This document shows, piece after piece, positions 30,801 to 36,284 of a stretch of DNA of 64,000 nucleotides. This stretch comes from Salinimicrobium sp. (GTDB taxonomy: Archaea; Thermoplasmatota; Poseidoniia; Poseidoniales; Poseidoniaceae). Every line of letters starts with the position of its first letter. The first letter of the stretch is position 1. The DNA lies in contig CAXRAI010000064.1 of the NCBI GenBank assembly GCA_964228865.1, positions 5,863 through 69,862 of the forward strand, in the 5' to 3' direction. The notes beneath the pieces were generated by a model. The model did not search any database. It saw only the letters and a program-made list of their open reading frames with translations, and was not told where the DNA came from. The position numbers and the translations under genes are program-made.

Positions 30801-32579
30801 GACGACTGGAACCTCCAGACCGGCGACACGATCAACTGGGCCTCGAACGATTCCTCGCTCATCTACGGCGAGTGGACCATCCGTGTGCTTGAGGACACCG
30901 AAGACGCCAGCGAACTGACCTTTGACCTGTCCGCGCTCAAGAACGACGTCGACCACGACCTCGGCGACCTCACCTGGTCGCTGCTGCCGAAGCTCGACGA
31001 CACCGGCCGCGCGTACTGCGCCTACACGAACTACTTCTCGTTCACCTTCAACGGTGACGAGCTCGTGTTGGACCTCGTCAAGGACGCCACCACCAACGCT
31101 CCGATCAACCAGATCGACTACCTCTACAACGGCGGTGTGCACCAGGTCAACCCGGCCGGCAAGGGCTTCTGTGAGATGGAACTCTACCTCACGGACAGCG
31201 CTGCTGCTCCGACTGGCTTTGCCTACGACCTCAACGACAACGGCTACATCCAGCAGACCTCGCTGAAGCGCGACGTGAAGATCATCGTGCAGAACGTGGC
31301 TGAGCAGGTGCCCGACTACTACTTCGACGCCACCACTGGCTTCGACTTCAACGGCGTGTCCAACGTCATGGACGGCACCTGGGTGCCTGTGACCGTGACC
31401 GTGACCGCTGGCGGTGACGAAGGACCCTACAACCACGACAGCATGCTGATGATCACCTTCCAGAGTGACGGCCACACCGAGACGGAGCGCGACGCCATCT
31501 ACATCGACGCGCCCGCCTACGGCCAGACCGTGACGGTGGACTCCGAAGTCTTCGTGAAGGCGGTCACCACGACCGTTTGGGTTGAGATGGACGTCAAGAC
31601 CTGTGTGGACGAGAGCTGCGACATGACGAAGTCGATCGACGACCGCTTCATCGCTGACGAGCCAGCCAGCCACGGCAAGGTGACCCTCCCCAACAGCCTC
31701 GACTACTGGGCCGAGCCCGGTTTCTATGGCTCTGAGGACGGTACGGACAGCATCCGACGACCGGTGCTCGAAGACAAGGACTGGTGTAACAACGTGATGT
31801 ACAACACCCTCACGGGCAACATCGACGTGTGCGACCAAGCGGACTACGGCCGAGGATCCTTCGAGATCACCGACCAGGACCTGCCTGACGTCGTGCGCAC
31901 CATCGGTGCCTCTGGTGTTCCGTCGTTCGCTCCGAGCATCGTCGCCGTTGCCCTCGCGGGCATCGTCGTCGGCCTCCTCGCTCTGGCGGGTCGCCGCGAA
32001 GAAGACGAAGAGGAGGAGGAAGAGTCCTCCCCACGCTTCGTCGACGACGAAACGGCCGTGAGCCCGGTCATTGCGACCATCCTCATGGTGGCGATCACCG
32101 TCGTGCTTTCCGGTGTCATCTACGTCTGGGCGTCCAGCCTGGCCGAGACCGACGTCAAGGGTGTGCCTCGCATCACCTTCGACATCGAGGACATCGACGC
32201 GTACAACGCTGAGACCGGACACTGGAAGATCGAAGTGCAGCAGTCTGAGACCGAACTGGCCACCCAGGCCGTCGAGATCAAGATTTTCGCGGCCGAGATT
32301 GACGGTGTTTACGAGGTCAAGATGGCCGACTCCGACGGCGTCTACGGCTTCTCACCCTTCAACAGCGACAGTCTGGTGACCTTCTCCGACTCTGTTCGGT
32401 CCGAAGGCGACGACAAGGTTTCGACCTTCTTCGTCGGTGACACGATCTTCGTGCGCACCCACCTGGCGGACGGCACGCCCTTGACGGACGTGACCATCCA
32501 GCTGTCCTACGCACCTGAGGTTGGTCAGGGCGCACTGCTCCGTACCTGGAGCGGTCTGTCCTACGACCTCGCTGCGTGA
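18855..32579 (+). CDS. Giant (4,574 aa) surface adhesin-like protein fused at its C-terminus to an archaeal type IV pilin
   Basis: KKK plus hydrophobic signal peptide; WapA/Rhs-like N-terminal module; nidogen-like, beta-helix, DOMON/CBM9-like and cadherin-like (VNDAP) segments; VPSF-TM-RR anchor; internal class III signal and pilin H-domain at 32058. Start may be 18861. Confidence 0.9.
   Translation: [4574 protein letters not shown]
32058..32579 (+). other. Embedded type IV pilin domain (predicted mature 173 aa) within the giant CDS
   Basis: [28 protein letters not shown] closely matches the conserved archaeal pilin H-domain (haloarchaeal PilA: [22 protein letters not shown]). Confidence 0.88.
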
Positions 32580-32601
32580 GCAGAACGGGACGAAGCAACC
32601 G

Positions 32602-32686
32602 GCCATGGGGCCCCTTGGGGCGTCATGGCGTGGCCTGTGGCCACAGCCCCCCCAGCGTGGGGGGAGCGCTTCGGCGCTCCCCCCGC
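32602..32686 (+). terminator. Tandem hairpins after the giant gene, including an 11-bp stem with a cUUCGg tetraloop
   Basis: GGGGGGAGCGC-TTCG-GCGCTCCCCCC at 32659-32684; GCCATG...CATGGC at 32602-32629. Confidence 0.65.
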
Positions 32687-32733
32687 CCTGAACCGGGACG
32701 AGCCTTGATGGTCTGAACGCCCGTGCTTCCAGC

Positions 32734-33393
32734 ATGGACGGACTGGACTGTGTGGTGTTTGATTGCGACGGCGTCCTCGTCGACGCCATCTCATCATGGC
32801 GCACGCTTCACGATCACTTTGGGACAGACAACAACGCGAACCTCCAACGCTTCATTGCAGGAGAGTTTGACGACCTGACCTTCATGCGGTCGGACATCGC
32901 ACTGTGGAAAGCCGTTCAGGACCCGATTCATCGGGATGACCTGTTCCGTGCCTACGCCGGAGCCAAGCTCATGCCCGGTGCTCGGGAACTTGTTCGCGAT
33001 CTTCAGGCACGCGGGGTCTATGTTGCGATTGTGTCCGCTGGTGTGGACCTGTTTGTCTCCAGCATCGCTGCGATGCTGAAAGTCGACGATTGGATCGCCA
33101 ATGGATTCACCTTTGATGACGAAGGTTGGCTGCTTGACGAAGGCATCTGTCGATTGCATGCCACCGGAAAGGGTGCCATCATCGACCGCTTGGTCGAGAT
33201 GCACGGCTTTGACGTCGGGAACGTGGTCAGCATTGGCGACTCTGAGATGGACCTCTCCATGCAAGTTGAAGGAAGCCGATTTATCGGCTTCAACCCCACC
33301 CGTGAGAGCTCAAAATCAGCATTTCTTGAGGCCGGGGTTCCTGTTGTCCATGGCAAAGATCTCGCCGGTGTGCGCGAGCATCTTGGTTTGTGA
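32734..33393 (+). CDS. HAD-superfamily hydrolase, phosphoserine phosphatase-like (subfamily IB)
   Basis: Motif I FDCDGVL, motif II VSAG, motif III K (GKG), motif IV GDSEMD. Confidence 0.88.
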   Translation: MDGLDCVVFDCDGVLVDAISSWRTLHDHFGTDNNANLQRFIAGEFDDLTFMRSDIALWKAVQDPIHRDDLFRAYAGAKLMPGARELVRDLQARGVYVAIVSAGVDLFVSSIAAMLKVDDWIANGFTFDDEGWLLDEGICRLHATGKGAIIDRLVEMHGFDVGNVVSIGDSEMDLSMQVEGSRFIGFNPTRESSKSAFLEAGVPVVHGKDLAGVREHLGL

Positions 33394-35004
33394 TCACGCG
33401 AACGGAATCGACGTTGTGGCATGTGTGCCGAGGTTCACTACCGTCAGCATGCACGGCCTAGGCTGGAACCCCAACATGCGTTGGTAACTTGTTTGGTCTT
33501 GCCACGTGGATGAGCAGACCAGGGTTGTTCCCTTGAAATCCAGACATTCGTGCCCATGCACGTGCCCGGTCACAAAGATGTCTGGGACTTCACGGATGAC
33601 CAGCCCGTCTTCAGGTTCAGGAGAGAGCGGTGTTTTTCCGCCCCACTGGGGAGCCAAGTGCCTTCGCCGCAACATTTGGCGCATGGCTTCCACAGGTTCC
33701 GCATAGGTGACGGTTCGTAGACCAGCAACAAAGTCGTCGATTGACTTTCCGTGGTAGGACAAAAGGCGCACACCGTGAAGGCTGAAATCACATGGATTTC
33801 CGACGAACGTCGTCGCATGGTAATCGGACTGGATGTCCTTTTCGAACGTGGGCTGAGGCTCAGCCGGACGCACAGCATCGTGGTTGCCTGGGAGCATCAC
33901 GCATTCCACCCAATCAGGCAAGAGGTCCAACAAGCGTGCAAATTCGGTGTACTGGTTGAACAGGTCGGGGATGGCCAATTCCCGATCTTGGCCCGGATAG
34001 ATGCCAACGCCGTCCACGCAATCGCCGCTCAAGATGAGGTATTTGATCGTCTTTGCAAGCGGGTCAGTGTTGAACCAATCCACCATTTTGTGCCACTGCG
34101 CTTCAAGGAAGGTCTTGCTTCCGACGTGGATGTCGGAGAGGAAGGCCACCGACACCCCCGTCTCCGCATGCGTTTTTTCGTGACGGTCTTGCAGCGGGAA
34201 GTGCAAGTCGTCGACGTAGAACAGGTCGCCGTTCTGCGAAAAGGTCCCGCTGACGCCGACCACATCGTCAGGCATCAATCCGGTTTGGATGATCTCTTCA
34301 TGCACCCTGTCGCGCTCCTCACCCTGCTTTTTGGTCAGCAGACAGGTGATTTCACCGGTTTCGTCTTCCAAGCCCCACATCAGGTGGCCGTTCTTGGTGT
34401 ACCGAGGTTCGTTCACCAAACCGATGGCCACAGCGATGTTGTCCCGACCTTTGTAGCGGCCGGATTCAGCGTTCAACCGAGCGATGTCGGTCGGCTTTCG
34501 TGGCAGTTTGGAGTTGCGCACGATCAGCTTGCGAATGGAATCCAGGCGGTCGTTGAAGCAAGCGTTGATGTCGCTCATCTTGCCTTCGGTGATGGAATTG
34601 CCCGTGATGTCAAAGTGCACCGTGATGTCCACGTCCACGTCCGTGGCCAACTCTGGGAAATCGTTGGATGACCAATCAGGCGTCCCGTTGCGAAGGGGCA
34701 GGTTCACCGGTTCGGGTGCGGCCAACGGAGCGATGGTTCTGGCCAGGTCCCTGGGGCGTTGTTCGAGGAGTCGCTCCACCCCGGAGGTGGCTGGAGCGGG
34801 GGAGGCCGCCCGTTCTTGGTAGGCTTCCATCAGGGACTCCAGCGAATTTTGATTGAGCAGTCCAGAGATGCCAGCCCTCGGAGCAGCGGCCACCAATCCA
34901 AGCGGATCGGGGTGATCCATAATCTGCTGACGGACGTCGGCACCCATCACCAGCAGGCCATGCTCGAGCAGCCGGGCATAGACGGTCCCCCACTCGACCG
35001 TCAT
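33394..35004 (-). CDS. polB: DNA polymerase D small (proofreading) subunit DP1
   Basis: OB-fold followed by calcineurin-like motifs SDIHVGS, SGDCVDG, PGNHDA, YHG, RRHLAP and GHVH. Confidence 0.96.
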   Translation of the reverse strand: MTVEWGTVYARLLEHGLLVMGADVRQQIMDHPDPLGLVAAAPRAGISGLLNQNSLESLMEAYQERAASPAPATSGVERLLEQRPRDLARTIAPLAAPEPVNLPLRNGTPDWSSNDFPELATDVDVDITVHFDITGNSITEGKMSDINACFNDRLDSIRKLIVRNSKLPRKPTDIARLNAESGRYKGRDNIAVAIGLVNEPRYTKNGHLMWGLEDETGEITCLLTKKQGEERDRVHEEIIQTGLMPDDVVGVSGTFSQNGDLFYVDDLHFPLQDRHEKTHAETGVSVAFLSDIHVGSKTFLEAQWHKMVDWFNTDPLAKTIKYLILSGDCVDGVGIYPGQDRELAIPDLFNQYTEFARLLDLLPDWVECVMLPGNHDAVRPAEPQPTFEKDIQSDYHATTFVGNPCDFSLHGVRLLSYHGKSIDDFVAGLRTVTYAEPVEAMRQMLRRRHLAPQWGGKTPLSPEPEDGLVIREVPDIFVTGHVHGHECLDFKGTTLVCSSTWQDQTSYQRMLGFQPRPCMLTVVNLGTHATTSIPFA

Positions 35005-35046
35005 GGTGGAGAGTGTCTGACGACGAGACAAAAGGTCACCGGCGGT

Positions 35047-35727
35047 TCACCATTCGACGTCGTCACCGAGGTCTTCGTCAGGGTTCGGTTCGTTGCCCGG
35101 AGACCATGCGGTTTCTTGCCAAGCGGTGTCCAGGCGGGTCACGGCTTCCTTGGCAGCCCGGTTGATTTGGCGGGCTTCACGTTCTGCCTCGATGGCCTCA
35201 CGCTGTTTCTCGTCCTCGGCCGCCCGCACTTCTTTTCGCTTCACGGCCGCATCCATGTTTTCGATGGCCACACGAATTGCGAAATGGACGAATCCAAGCT
35301 TGTTTTCAGCCCGCGTACCTCCGATGATGGTGCGTTCAGCGGTCTTCCAGTCGCCCGAGGCTGCGCCCACGTACACCAAACCGAGTTTCTTGTCGCTCAC
35401 GTTGCCCGGGCCGGCTATGCCGGTCACGGACAACGCGATGTCTGCCGTTGAACGGGCCAAAGCACCTGATGCCATCTGGATGGCCACTTCTGCCGAGACC
35501 GCCCCCTTTCGCTCAAGGGTCTCTGGATTGACACCGAGCACCCTTGTTTTGGCGTCGTTCGCATAGGTCACCCATGATTGATCGAACCAATCGCTTGCGC
35601 CTGCGATGTCGGTGAGGGTGCTGGCCAACAAACCACCTGTGCACGATTCCGCGACGGTGATGCGCAGACCTGCTTGCCGCAGCCGGCGCACGAGGCGGGC
35701 GGCATCGGTCTGGATCTCCACGTCCAT
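35047..35727 (-). CDS. cinA: CinA C-terminal / NMN amidohydrolase (PncC) family
   Basis: VAESCTGGLLA, VTYANDAK, GAVSAEVAIQMA and SVTGIAGP; charged C-terminal extension. Confidence 0.9.
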   Translation of the reverse strand: MDVEIQTDAARLVRRLRQAGLRITVAESCTGGLLASTLTDIAGASDWFDQSWVTYANDAKTRVLGVNPETLERKGAVSAEVAIQMASGALARSTADIALSVTGIAGPGNVSDKKLGLVYVGAASGDWKTAERTIIGGTRAENKLGFVHFAIRVAIENMDAAVKRKEVRAAEDEKQREAIEAEREARQINRAAKEAVTRLDTAWQETAWSPGNEPNPDEDLGDDVEW

Positions 35728-35804
35728 TGGTCCTCCCTGTCGCATCGTGGTCAAAGGCTTGCCGTCGCCCTTGCCTTCTTATCCCTAAGCCCCAAGGGCG
35801 GTTT

Positions 35805-35880
35805 GGGCCTGTGGTCTAGCGGCTATGACACCGCCTTTACACGGCGTTGATCGTGGGTTCGAGTCCCACCGGGCCCACCA
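35805..35880 (+). tRNA. trnV: tRNA-Val (anticodon TAC), CCA encoded
   Basis: GGGCCTG/CGGGCCC acceptor, CCGCC-TTTACAC-GGCGT anticodon arm, GTGGG-TTCGAGT-CCCAC T arm, ACCA end. Confidence 0.95.
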
Positions 35881-35932
35881 CCGTTTGTTCCACGCATGGT
35901 GGCGTGTCCCTCGACCTCGTCGAGCGCAGCCC

Positions 35933-36244
35933 TCACCACAACAGGTCTTCAATCGGACCTTGGTGTCCTGCGATGACTTTGGTGATGCCTGCAGTTTTCT
36001 GAATGCGCGCTGCTTCAATGACATCATCCACGACCAACAAGTGCACGGCCCTTCGTTGAACGTCTGCTTCCAAGTTGAGGTTGACGCCACGACCATCAAT
36101 GGCCACCAAAGCACCGTCAAGTTCTGCAAACATGGTGAGGTGGCGCAGGTCGCTCCAGGCGTCGCCGGGGATGACCAGCCACCGCGCGTCCCGAAGGCTT
36201 CCTCGCTCCGGCGGCTGTTCCGGGTCCGCTCGAACCACGCGCAT
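35933..36244 (-). CDS. Small hypothetical protein
   Basis: 103-aa ORF filling the gap between pelota and tRNA-Val, with globular-looking composition. Confidence 0.55.
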   Translation of the reverse strand: MRVVRADPEQPPERGSLRDARWLVIPGDAWSDLRHLTMFAELDGALVAIDGRGVNLNLEADVQRRAVHLLVVDDVIEAARIQKTAGITKVIAGHQGPIEDLLW

Positions 36245-36284
36245 GCCAATGGATGTCCGGGGTGGCCCTTGATGCCAACGGTGC

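Noticed and set aside
32009-32019. GAGGAGGAGG in the acidic linker as an internal ribosome-binding site for a stand-alone pilin
   Set aside because: No in-frame ATG/GTG/TTG within SD distance (the next is GTG at 32058); the run is explained by Glu codons.
14797-32222. Very long antisense ORFs (979, 998, 1,676 and 1,235 aa) opposite the two surface-protein genes
   Set aside because: They lie in codon register with the sense genes, which rarely use TCA/TTA/CTA, so antisense stops are scarce; the translations are V/G/R-rich with no motifs. These are shadow ORFs.
18855-32579. Rhs/polymorphic toxin interpretation of the giant protein
   Set aside because: Despite the WapA-like N-terminal module, there are no YD repeats, no PxxxxDPxG core end, no toxin tip and no adjacent immunity-like gene.
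35831-35847. C-U mismatch at the top of the tRNA-Val anticodon stem as a sign of pseudogenisation or editing
   Set aside because: A single terminal mismatch is tolerated in tRNAs; all other arms and the CCA end are intact.
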